Part shown: one piece after another, positions 13,901-22,760 of the stretch
How positions within the stretch are numbered: the stretch's first letter is position 1
Layout: every line of letters starts with the position of its first letter
Source of the DNA: Amoebophrya sp. A120
Lineage: Eukaryota; Protista; Dinoflagellata
Assembly: GCA_905178155.1 (NCBI GenBank)
Contig: CAJINV010000013.1
Coordinates: forward strand, 300,344-364,343
Length of the DNA stretch: 64,000 nucleotides
Direction of reading: 5' to 3'
Position numbers and translations under genes: made by a program
The notes under the pieces: model-generated
Seen by the model: only the letters and a program-made list of their open reading frames with translations
What the model was told of the DNA's origin: nothing
The model's database searches: none

Positions 13901-15327
13901 ATTCGTACGCACGGAGTCAGCAGCGACAAGTGCAGGAACCAGAAGAAGAAGTCCATCCTGCTACTCCCCAACAAGCCCAAGGAGATGCTGTAATGGAAGA
14001 TGTGGAGATGGAAGACGCTGAAGAAAACAATCCTGCCCCGGCGGAGCCGGAGACTCAAGCGGATGACGCGGCGGAAGACGCTGGTGGAGCGGAAGGAATC
14101 GAGCAGCAAAGAAACCTGCAGACCTTCAATGGGGTGGAACAGAATTCAGCGGGCGCACGACGCGGCTCTCCCATTCCGGACTCCAGTCCTTTAGATGTAA
14201 ATCGTACGCGTCGTACGTCTTCGGACATGGAGATCGATCCCCCTTCGGAAGGAAGTGGTGAGATCTTCGGAGACGGACAAAGTAATGGAGAAGAGACAGA
14301 AATCGAGTCGCCGCCTCCTTCTGCGTCTCCACCGGAAACACAGCTGGCGATCTTTGACCCGGAGGTCAGAAAGGAGAAACTGCGAGTTTGGGGATTAAAC
14401 GTCAACGCTGTCCGACCGACGACGGAAGAGATTCGGAACTTGCCAGAGTTCAAGAAAATTCTGGAAAAATACGGAACAAATAGATTTGCGCAGCTTGTCC
14501 GCTACGGCTTAGACAAGAACATGGCTTCGTCGCCAGTGATTGGATTAGTGGATGGAGCCATCGAACAGCATCGGGAATTGGAGAATAACGGAGAAAGCGA
14601 TGAGCAAATTCCCGCTGCTCCGTCTCCTGAAGATGTGGCTGCTCCTCCGCAAGAACAAGAAACTCAGGCATCAATCACGGGACAAGATGATGAAGAACAA
14701 GAATTAGAATCTCCGCGCTCGCCCGGACTGCCGCAGGATGTTGAAGTTCAAGAAGACGCAGATCAAGAATTAGCGTCTCCTGATTTGTTGCAACAAGAAA
14801 TTCCCGTTGACGACGTCACCTCGATCTTGGATGACGCCATTGGTACAACGGCTGGACAGGCAGAAGACGTGGAAATGATGGATGATGTTCCCACGGACGA
14901 ACAAATGACTTCCGCCATTCAACAAGTCGATGGAGAACAAGAACAAGAAAATGAGTCTACACCGCAAATGCAAAGAGAACGCTTTCGACTGCCGGTTTTG
15001 TCTGGACCTCCTGTATCTCCAGATCAACCTGTTGTCCCACTACCTTCTGATTTGGAAGAACAAGAAGTAATGCCTGCCGTGGAGAATGATCAGAATCACT
15101 GTAGTGTGGAAGTAGCTGATGGCCACGATCATGCGGCTGACGTGGGAGTGCAAGCGGGGCCGAGTACTACCATCGACACGGGAGTGCAGACGACGGGCAA
15201 TGACCAACAGGCGCAAGTAGACGGAGAAATTGATCTTGATGCGCAGCCAGGAACTTACAACCTCGCTCCCGGATCTTACAACGTGAACTTCAGGACTTCG
15301 GAAGAACGGTCCTGCAATATCCAGTGA
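10936..15327 (+). CDS. LTR-encoded 1463-aa protein: basic NLS-like tracts, acidic tracts, C-x2-H-x5-H-x4-C knuckle, C-terminal CaaX (CNIQ)
   Basis: Uninterrupted 4.4-kb ORF with ATG; motif CQLHGQNRTHNSAEC; ends RSCNIQ-stop; open in both LTRs. Confidence 0.85.
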   Translation: MPPKAKAKPKAKPQVKRQPRNQGLPPGQQALPNQQEQQPQQQINNAFGQFQNPEGFFPILGPNGNLIGIQQLAPAAPAIANPGAKPKAARGRPRTSSGHKRQLKAKRQARWKEKKFGKKQPKKKGKGKRQNVLSDSSESEEENNNFLAIEDTQREGLLAIKDIPRDLLAIQDEANEYGNRSPAFIPEQEQENTGGDDNANMESINVSVTPNTGPGPDPSPPPVLILGASSSSSVSQSVAQGQASSSSSGAPRPFPLPQLRPRNQPKAKNGLLSMSRINRLCAGEPPSSGSDSSGSSGSDTCTESEEDEEERARRKQQKRLNKKNNKRRKRGRSEDREEERAARRTEMEKRFWPTYGEDDEEEEEEEEEEEQVDLRGAKYGPIADLGDDLNDFEVSDDLEAGLEEGEVLEGGAYVSTVYEDAQLRVTILRRPGERWPKCLRVFWKTSKPTLTLEGYDPEKCDRFLYQKKDTGFVDKAELTEWTQVIVNTIDGENRTWDYLSDSLWENDYVLDFIKYMRSRQTAATAALAPAVLDELDDLFADDKPVAPAAQNAFGEPATTDNSNSIALVTNTAQPSTTTTSAQPSPTANNTEESTFASVAVNNTTSASTSKKKETLLPTESDEENGGDDGEDGKGNKPSPSHDEESPASVSPEKLFEEIISPTEAKQNLTRFLGNSSVIVGGRTSASGSCASSAADDDHRYPPFKPGEDTDWDPSMPLPATFPTINSPVHNPDAQTETVAQNSPTLSDLDHALPDLDITTLDYLINVTAELAEQVSEDVQTGSSQQQPPAFPVEPLDQSIFEQVVADQQLALALVQEEQAAALGPLDIGTTLTGETYNPEAHLQILPNPAMQFAPALLPGAASSSSSTVQNHNDFHHHNVNQHRLNRRRSIPRRRRSSSRDRRRTPHRKWRRNNDYVATRHRNNQLYCQLHGQNRTHNSAECWTLTDREKYVEVYENYWAPLRIYQRDYVQWEEPGDDDQWLDDSIVMENSYARSQQRQVQEPEEEVHPATPQQAQGDAVMEDVEMEDAEENNPAPAEPETQADDAAEDAGGAEGIEQQRNLQTFNGVEQNSAGARRGSPIPDSSPLDVNRTRRTSSDMEIDPPSEGSGEIFGDGQSNGEETEIESPPPSASPPETQLAIFDPEVRKEKLRVWGLNVNAVRPTTEEIRNLPEFKKILEKYGTNRFAQLVRYGLDKNMASSPVIGLVDGAIEQHRELENNGESDEQIPAAPSPEDVAAPPQEQETQASITGQDDEEQELESPRSPGLPQDVEVQEDADQELASPDLLQQEIPVDDVTSILDDAIGTTAGQAEDVEMMDDVPTDEQMTSAIQQVDGEQEQENESTPQMQRERFRLPVLSGPPVSPDQPVVPLPSDLEEQEVMPAVENDQNHCSVEVADGHDHAADVGVQAGPSTTIDTGVQTTGNDQQAQVDGEIDLDAQPGTYNLAPGSYNVNFRTSEERSCNIQ

Positions 15328-16410
15328 AAGAACAATTTGTTACTAGCAAGGCAGAATAAAATCATCCGGAATAACATCAGAAGAGTCCAGCAGTAGTCGC
15401 AAAAAGATGGGATCGAAGAGATGTGAAAAGGAGATGATTATCTGAAGAAAGATATTGGAATTATCTTCAGACAAGACAATAAATATCGCGTCTTTATTTT
15501 TATATCAATTGGGAAGCGCTTCTCATTCAATAGAAGAAAGTCGCTGCTTCAGAAAAGACGTTTTTTCCAGCACCACAGCAATACACGCTTGCATCTGCTG
15601 AGACGTAGGATGTTAAGTGATCCATAGATTTTAAAATTCCTCGGTAAAGTTTTTTGCTGAAGAACAACTCATTGGAAAAAGCAAAGAAATAAAGCTGCCA
15701 AATACACAGCGGCGAAGACTGAATTGTCAATACTTGTTTTTTGACAATAAGAAGAGCACTGGGGCGCACAAGTAAGAAGACCTAAAAAAGACAGTCTAAT
15801 AAAAAACTCATTCAACTTTTTGCTTCGCACGATTATCGGGCACAGTCTTGAACTTTTATACTTTTTTTGCTGTCGCCCCACAGCCAATTTTTTTTTTTTT
15901 GTTGGAAGTTTTCGAGGAAGGCAACACGACACTCATGCGAACAGGAAAAATCTCTCATCTCAATCAAAAACAGTAGAAGAGATTTTTGTGAAGACGACAA
16001 CGGCCTTGTTTGTCTGTCTTAACTCGACTTCTAAAACTAATTTTTAAATAAAAAACTGAAAAAAGCAAAAAAACACTTAAAAACCAAAAACACAAAAAAC
16101 AACCTTGCTTCGCACTCTCGATCGACTCTCTGTTGATCTCCTTCTGGGTAAGGACGAACGGAGACTTATCTCCAGTTCTTGTCTTCCACTACATCGCGGC
16201 TTTTAAGAAGATTCGGTTTAATATGGTCTGACGTGTCGGCTTTATCGTAGGAAGACGCTTAAATCGGACATTACCTGTTGCCAATCGTATGTCGTTGCAG
16301 ACGCACAAATAAATCGTCTACTTTCGGTGAGCTCGTCCGTCATTGAGGAGAGCGCTCAGTTGCGGACTTCTCGGAATTGTTCGATGACCAGTTTTAAGCC
16401 GATTCCGACA

Positions 16411-16425
16411 TGGTGAGGCCAGAGC
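16411..16425 (+). other. Primer-binding site (tRNA not identified)
   Basis: TGGTGAGGCCAGAGC directly after the 5' LTR CA; TGG is complementary to the tRNA CCA end. Confidence 0.75.
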
Positions 16426-16640
16426 TAGTGTTGACCACTAGCTGATTACAACCACGTGATACAGGACAAGGAGACAACGTTTTCACCTACACGCTTACAA
16501 CCTGTTGGACTCCTTCATCACCATCGTTTTCACCTACAACGGAGAAGCAGAACTTGTTCGACTCCATCGGCAGAGAAGGACAAACTTTCCTACTTTTCCA
16601 ATTCTGAGATTTTGACGCACTACAGGGCCGCTCTGCGTAC

Positions 16641-17734
16641 ATGAGCTTCAACTTTCCTCCCGCTAACCACCTCACATTTCCCAACTTGCCCAATTCTGTT
16701 GAACCTCGAGAAGTAACTGAGCCCTGCGCTATCTTTTTCGGCAACTGCCCGGTCGGAGTACCCAGATATCTATTTTCCCACAACTCAGTTCCGTACGTGG
16801 TCGATTTAGACGAGAGGCAGATCTTCGGATTCCTGGACGACGCGGAACTTTGTTGTTGCCAACCGAACACGTAGTCGATCTAATCGATCCAATTGCTCGG
16901 AAAGCAAACAATCAATTTTTGAACTGGGCCTACGACCGCACCGCAATCGTTGTGTTGACGACTTTCAGCAGCAAAGACGAGTACTTAGCGAGTACATTTC
17001 GGAGAACCCACCACTTGCGTGCTGACCAAGCAGATAGATTTGTGACGGAGAATCGGCGAATTGTACTTGCCTGGCCAGTTCGGTGGTGCCAAGTGAGGAC
17101 CCCGCAGAGAAGACAACAAGTCAACGGCGACTCTACCATCGGCTTTTCCACAATCCAGCGGCATCTTCCTGAGTGGTGCATTCCCACGGAAGACGCTAAT
17201 ACGGAGACGCGAATTAGGACTATTCCGTCTAGTGAAGATCGAGAAGTTAGAGCACAATTACAAGAAGGGCCTCCAAATACTACACCGGTCCATCGCCTAA
17301 TCGCACCAGAAGACGCTCAGAGAATTGTTGCTCCTGCACCAACTTCTTTTTCGCTATCAAGAACCCTGGAGTTGGTGTACGGTCAACTAGCACCCACTTT
17401 TCCCCGGACCCTGGCTGACCAAGACAGATTTTTTGATCTCATCGGTTTGGGCGACAGACCATCATCGTCACCGTCGAATCAAAGAACGTCTCCGCCACGG
17501 GAGGGAACACCAAGACCGTATACTGCTCCGCGTCCTCAATCGCCTCTTCGCGTCCCATCGGAGAACGTCTGCGTCATTTGTTTGGAGCAGGAAGCCAACG
17601 CTACTCTCCTTCACCGGTCCACTGGACACACCTGTTGCTGTTTTAGGTGCGCACAACAAGCATTCGCACAAGATCGCAGGTGCCCAATCTGTCGGATGCA
17701 AGTAGACCGGGTGATTAAAAACTATCGGAGTTAA
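16641..17734 (+). CDS. Accessory ORF with C-terminal MDM2/MDM4-type RING finger (putative E3 ligase); apparent -1 frame break near 16848
   Basis: CVICLEQEANATLLHRSTGHTCCCFRCAQ...CPICRMQVDRVIKNY matches the C2H2C4 HxxTGH RING; ATG ORF 16641-16874 overlaps ORF 16850-17734. Confidence 0.75.
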
Positions 17735-17766
17735 GAAGAAAAGGAAAGAAGGAGACGGAAAAGTAT

Positions 17767-18345
17767 ATGTGGTATTTGATCGTCGATCGAGCCAAACCAT
17801 TACAACTACATCTTCAAGATTCTTCCCACAGCAAATCCAACGGCACCAAGTGCGGGTGGATATTGTTGACCGTAAAGGACGAGCTCTGCACTCAACGGAT
17901 TGTCTTTCCTCGAGAAGTGAATATCATTTTCCGCTCGCATCTGGAGGAAGATCCTGAATCCCTTGGAGTTTGGGACGCACTGCTGCAGATAAGAACTCTG
18001 GCTCGCTTTGCGTCAGTAGTCGTCTGCTACATTACAGGACAACTCTACTTCACTCCCTTGCACTACGCGACAGAAACAGCAGGACTGGGATCAGTAAGAT
18101 TGCACTACATTCCGCGAGTAAAATTCCCGGAAAAGGTCTCTGGTTTCTATCAGTCCGCAGTGGTAAGGAGGAACGTACTTCGGTATCCGGACGCAATCGA
18201 CTACAAAGCTCTCAGCTACTCGAAGAAGACCTTGCAGCTGAGAGGAAGAATCAATCGAACCCTCACGCACCCTTTTTCGTATTCCAGTGTGAAGAACATT
18301 GCAAACGGCTACACCTGGAATTACGAGCCGGAACCAGAAGAATAA
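17767..18345 (+). CDS. Accessory ORF, unknown function (192 aa)
   Basis: ATG-initiated, globular composition, tightly packed between neighbouring ORFs. Confidence 0.5.
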   Translation: MWYLIVDRAKPLQLHLQDSSHSKSNGTKCGWILLTVKDELCTQRIVFPREVNIIFRSHLEEDPESLGVWDALLQIRTLARFASVVVCYITGQLYFTPLHYATETAGLGSVRLHYIPRVKFPEKVSGFYQSAVVRRNVLRYPDAIDYKALSYSKKTLQLRGRINRTLTHPFSYSSVKNIANGYTWNYEPEPEE

Positions 18346-18367
18346 ACCGTCTGCATCATAATGCTGC

Positions 18368-19273
18368 ATGGCTGATTACTCTCTCGACCTGGGATTATTC
18401 TTCGGATTACCAATACAGGTGAATCGGGAAAATATCAGTAAAAGAACCGGTCTTCCAGGAATTCTAGCGGGGATCAGTACACGTGAGTACCTACGCTGTG
18501 GATTCCAAGGGCGACAACTCATTGGAGATCCAGAAGTACCCGAGGAGTTACAAAAAACAGATTTGTTCGTCTTCTTGGAAAAGACTCGCTGTGAAGGACT
18601 TTTGGTTTACCCGACTACAGGCAGGAAGCAGCATAGATTCACCCGGGTGGCGCCATTAGAGTTTGTACAGCTGGACCGTCGATCAGCAGCAACCTGTATT
18701 TCGCAAGCAGGAGAGCAACTCTTCTTGAGGAACATAAATCCTCTGTGCAACATCTGTGGCGGCTCGCTGATAATCCTGAACAAGGATCACCCGGAGGGAG
18801 GAGAAAACAACTACTGCTTCGCCATACTCAAGCACGCATTGTTCTTGGCGTATCGGTGTAGGAGACCCCTTAAACCGCGAGAAAATTTCCAGAGAGTTCA
18901 CTTCCGTGAAGAACCAGACGAAGAACAAGTGGACGACATACCAATCACGAGCAAGGAGGTAGCAAGAATAGAATCGGAGCCGGTGATACCAAAGAACTAC
19001 AACGCCTTTGAAAGCGACCCGCACTGTCAGTTCATTCACGACTCGGGAGCACCGTTTCAAGCTATCAACTTTGAGTGCGCTCTCGTACCGGAAATTCCGA
19101 ATTTTATCAACCACTACAGCCATCCGGGTCGCCTCGGTTACTACCACAACGCATCATCGGAACCTTCAGTGAGTAACTACACTGGGACTCGGTCAGACGA
19201 CTCGTTTCGGTCAAGCAATCGTAGTTTTAGGACAGCTCGCGCAATCCACTACATCGAAAACGGATACAGCTAA
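18368..19273 (+). CDS. Accessory ORF, unknown function (301 aa)
   Basis: ATG-initiated ORF of complex composition, same strand, 22 bp after the previous ORF. Confidence 0.6.
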   Translation: MADYSLDLGLFFGLPIQVNRENISKRTGLPGILAGISTREYLRCGFQGRQLIGDPEVPEELQKTDLFVFLEKTRCEGLLVYPTTGRKQHRFTRVAPLEFVQLDRRSAATCISQAGEQLFLRNINPLCNICGGSLIILNKDHPEGGENNYCFAILKHALFLAYRCRRPLKPRENFQRVHFREEPDEEQVDDIPITSKEVARIESEPVIPKNYNAFESDPHCQFIHDSGAPFQAINFECALVPEIPNFINHYSHPGRLGYYHNASSEPSVSNYTGTRSDDSFRSSNRSFRTARAIHYIENGYS

Positions 19274-19580
19274 ACTTCGGCTTTATGCTTTCCGCAATAC
19301 AAGACTTCTTCGTCGACTTACTAGAAGAAGCAAAAAGAACAATCATACTCGGTATTGACGAAGTGACTACATTCGTTCAATCCACGCGCTAAAAGAACAA
19401 AGAAGACGGAAAAATCAGTACGTACAACAACAATTGAGTCAAAGGCTACGGACAACACCTTCGTGCGATCAGGAGAAACATCGCACAACAAGACGATAAA
19501 CAACAAACGGAATAAAACATCTCTAACAATAACAACGGCTTCAACAGTTCCCTCCAATTAAAACGCCTCCCACATACAAC

Positions 19581-21002
19581 ATGTGTTGTTTTGAGTTTCT
19601 TAACAGGGTGCTTAACACCAAAGCCTACCAAATTCAAAAGCTTGCGGAATGGGAAGAGAAAAAGAAGACGATCGCCGCCGCTGTCGAAGAATCTCTCAAG
19701 AAACATCGCACTCCATCAAAGAGACGGTCTAATCAGACGGAGGAAGGTGAGTCTTCCACCGTTTCTCCAGGCCCGCAGCCGACCCCCATCTGTGTTGAAG
19801 TCGCTGATGACGACGATTCGGAACAGTCGCCAGAAACTCAACGCGTCAAGATGCTGACGCAACTCGTCACGGACTTGAGCCGGAGGATGGACGGGCTTCA
19901 TCATGAAAAAGAGCACTTCACCACGGTGGGACAAGAGAAGGCTGACCAAATCGATTGGAAGAAAATCGGACAAACGGAGAAGACGGAGACGCTTGATGAT
20001 CGGGATAAGGCGGAGATGAAAACTGTCGAGTATCCGCCCAAACTCGACATCAACAACTTCCGCAAATGGAATGAGATGATGAAAAGATGGGCGACGAACC
20101 TTTTCCGTCTTGGCTTCACGGCCGAGAAGCTGCAGGAGAAGGTGCTGGCCCATTCGCTCAACAATGCGCCGGTGCATTTTGCGCTCGCCGAAAAGCAAAA
20201 GGATCTCATCCAAATGATGATCACCCTGCAAATCCGGTTTTCTCCAATGAAAGACGCGACTCGTACCGGTCTCGAAGAATTGCTCCCCCTGATCATTCGT
20301 CCGGATGGTGTGACGAATAAAGATTACATCATGACGATGGATCTTATTTATGCGCGTGAATTTACTATTACCGGGTTTGATCGTGGCGACAACTCGAAGA
20401 CTCAATCGGCGCTCCGGACCATGTGTTTGTCGACCACCACCAAGAACCTGCTGCGGTCCCACATGATTCGCCACCACAACTATTCCTGGTCGAAGTTCAC
20501 CCATGAGGTGGATCGTATTTGTACTGACACGGTGAGGCACAAGTTTCTGGAGAAGCAGGGGAAGGATGAAGTGATGGGAGGAGACGGCGCAGGACCCACC
20601 ATTTTGGAACAACTGCTCCGGCTGGTTGGGGAGATCAGCGGAAAAGAAGACTCGAACCATCAAAAACTGCTTGCGCTGGGGTTCAAGAAGATCCACAATC
20701 CGTTCACCCCGAACAAACCGAAGGGTGGTCACGCCTACCTCACCAACCCGTCTACCGGTCGTCAGATCCCTCCGGGGTCCTATGTCGGTGAAGACGGTAA
20801 ATTATGGTGTGAATACGGGGAGAGGTGTAAAAATCTCAAAGAAAAGGGGGACTGCCGTTTTTGGCATCCTCCTGCGCAATTCAAGAGTCTCTGGCCCCAG
20901 TACGTCAAGAAGGTCGGAGAAGCTAAGGCGGAAGAGACGAAGAAAGCAAAACAAAAACGCGCCGCTGAGGAACGGGAGAAGCGGAACAAATTGAAGTCGT
21001 GA
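19581..21002 (+). CDS. gag: Gag-like protein with CCCH zinc finger
   Basis: Position before pol, helical composition, CEYGERCKNLKEKGDCRFWH (C-x5-C-x8-C-x3-H). Confidence 0.75.
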   Translation: MCCFEFLNRVLNTKAYQIQKLAEWEEKKKTIAAAVEESLKKHRTPSKRRSNQTEEGESSTVSPGPQPTPICVEVADDDDSEQSPETQRVKMLTQLVTDLSRRMDGLHHEKEHFTTVGQEKADQIDWKKIGQTEKTETLDDRDKAEMKTVEYPPKLDINNFRKWNEMMKRWATNLFRLGFTAEKLQEKVLAHSLNNAPVHFALAEKQKDLIQMMITLQIRFSPMKDATRTGLEELLPLIIRPDGVTNKDYIMTMDLIYAREFTITGFDRGDNSKTQSALRTMCLSTTTKNLLRSHMIRHHNYSWSKFTHEVDRICTDTVRHKFLEKQGKDEVMGGDGAGPTILEQLLRLVGEISGKEDSNHQKLLALGFKKIHNPFTPNKPKGGHAYLTNPSTGRQIPPGSYVGEDGKLWCEYGERCKNLKEKGDCRFWHPPAQFKSLWPQYVKKVGEAKAEETKKAKQKRAAEEREKRNKLKS

Positions 21003-21005
21003 AAG

Positions 21006-22760
21006 ATGAAGCCCCACCGTCAAAGAAGAGACGAAGGTAGAACATCAGACGGCGAGGGGAAAACTCTACCAGTAAACTCGGGCAGCTTCGTTACTGTCAA
21101 CAAAAAACTATCTCCTGAAGACGCGAAAATCGATTTGGAATTAAAGGTGAAAATTACCAATTCAACAATGGAGTCAGATAAAACGAAGAAGGAGAAAGAA
21201 ACAGTCCCAGTACCAGGTCCCGCTATACCTCCACTATCCGGACCATCAGCTGACCACTGTGTAGGTTTATCTTGTTCGGAGGAAAATAACGGAGTTTTGA
21301 CAACATCAGTTTCTGTTGGGAATGCACTACACGAACACGCAGCTCTACCATCTCTCCCTGAAGTACAACCACCATCACCACCAACCAGCAGTACATCTTC
21401 CATTTTGGAAAACAATCGATTCGCCATTTTGGCTGACCAGGAAGAAGAAGAGAAGCTCGACTTCTTTATTCTTCCACACAACCGCGACATCATTTTAAAT
21501 AAGAAGAAGGAATTCCTTCGAAGACGCAAAAATCGACTCGAGCCCGCAGGTGATTATTGGACGCGCCGGAAGGCCTTCACGGTTTATTTGGAGGATTACG
21601 ACACTGTGGAGACCGCCTTTTTCGACCAACGATCCAAAAATCCCGCAGAAGATGAGTTTGTCCTTCTTGTCCAGATTCTTCAGGCGCGGTGCCGCCAGGA
21701 CGCTTCTTTTGCCAAATCGCTAGAGGAGACGGGAAATACCACACTACTCGAGGTGACTGCACATGCTCCCCTCGGTTGTGGTCTACGCGTTCGGGAAATA
21801 CACGACGGCTGCAACTGGAAAGGAGATAACCAGTTTGGAGCCGCCCTCATGCTGGTTCGCAGTACTTTTAGCACCCAGCCACGCAGCAGACCAGCGAACG
21901 AAATGGTGGAGGTAGAAGAGCGGACTGGCGATTTATTCAAAGAAAGTGACATCCACATGCTGGCCCACCAAACCAACACGTTGGTTTACGGGGAGGCACG
22001 AGGATTGGCGCAGCAAGTATTCAGTCGATTTCCGGACTGCAATACCTACAACAAACACCGGGAAGTCGGGAAAGCAGATGTGTACTCTGTGTCTCGTTAC
22101 GACCACATGAGCCTGGAATTTGTCACCAATCTGAATGCGCAATTGGGTCCGGGGAAGAAAGCGGCAAACTCGGCAGACACAACGGAAAAGAGGGAGCAGT
22201 ACTTTGCGCAATCACTGTTGTCTTTACAAGGACAATTGCGGGAGTTATTTAAAGGGAGACCTTTTAACCAACAATTTACCATCGCCTTCCCCAAGTTGAT
22301 TGGGTGTGACATGGCAGGAGGACGGTGGGACAAGTACAGGCGGACGATTCAGGGATTCGCTCGCAGCTGCCAAAGCGGCGAGTTCCCTGAAGTGAAGGTG
22401 ATCATAGTGGAGCGCACCAATCAATCCACTATTGATTACGCGGCCATCAACAGGCAGAAACTTCTTCGCCGACTTGGACCCTACACTCAGGTGAGTGGCG
22501 CAACAACGACTACCGATGCGATTCGGAACACCCCGTGGAAGAAAACAACTCGCACAGTTGAGGAAGAGTCCTCAGCTGGAAATTCAAACTCCAGAGTTAC
22601 CGACGCATCATCTTCGGGAGTAATCTCCGGTAGTTCGTTGTACGCTGCTTCAACTTACTTCGCGAAGAATCGAGAATGGAAAAAACAGGATCGGCATCAG
22701 GGGTATGCAATTGTAGACTATGCAATTGTAGACAATGCAATTGTAGTACCCATGCAATAG
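21006..22760 (+). CDS. NADAR-like + Macro-domain ORF ending in the start of the aspartic protease motif; in frame with gag after a single TGA
   Basis: NADAR/YbiA motifs TVE..F, L.ETG..LLE, WKGDNQFGAALMLVR (~21575-21863); Macro motifs GDLF, AHQTN, GLAQQVFSRFP, IAFPKLIGCDMAGGRW (~21905-22412); GYAIVD. Confidence 0.85.
   Translation: MKPHRQRRDEGRTSDGEGKTLPVNSGSFVTVNKKLSPEDAKIDLELKVKITNSTMESDKTKKEKETVPVPGPAIPPLSGPSADHCVGLSCSEENNGVLTTSVSVGNALHEHAALPSLPEVQPPSPPTSSTSSILENNRFAILADQEEEEKLDFFILPHNRDIILNKKKEFLRRRKNRLEPAGDYWTRRKAFTVYLEDYDTVETAFFDQRSKNPAEDEFVLLVQILQARCRQDASFAKSLEETGNTTLLEVTAHAPLGCGLRVREIHDGCNWKGDNQFGAALMLVRSTFSTQPRSRPANEMVEVEERTGDLFKESDIHMLAHQTNTLVYGEARGLAQQVFSRFPDCNTYNKHREVGKADVYSVSRYDHMSLEFVTNLNAQLGPGKKAANSADTTEKREQYFAQSLLSLQGQLRELFKGRPFNQQFTIAFPKLIGCDMAGGRWDKYRRTIQGFARSCQSGEFPEVKVIIVERTNQSTIDYAAINRQKLLRRLGPYTQVSGATTTTDAIRNTPWKKTTRTVEEESSAGNSNSRVTDASSSGVISGSSLYAASTYFAKNREWKKQDRHQGYAIVDYAIVDNAIVVPMQ

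Larger units (their letters stand above)
9793..16410 (+). repeat. 5' LTR (6618 bp)
   Basis: Starts TGTCAAAATC, ends GATTCCGACA (imperfect inverted ends, 8/10); near-identical to 29575-36191. Confidence 0.95.

Noticed and set aside
21423-21434. GCCATTTTGGCT, a 12-nt match to the dinoflagellate spliced-leader core just upstream of the NADAR domain
   Set aside because: Flanking bases do not match the leader, and the sequence encodes part of NRFAILA, a common retroelement linker motif; chance is plausible
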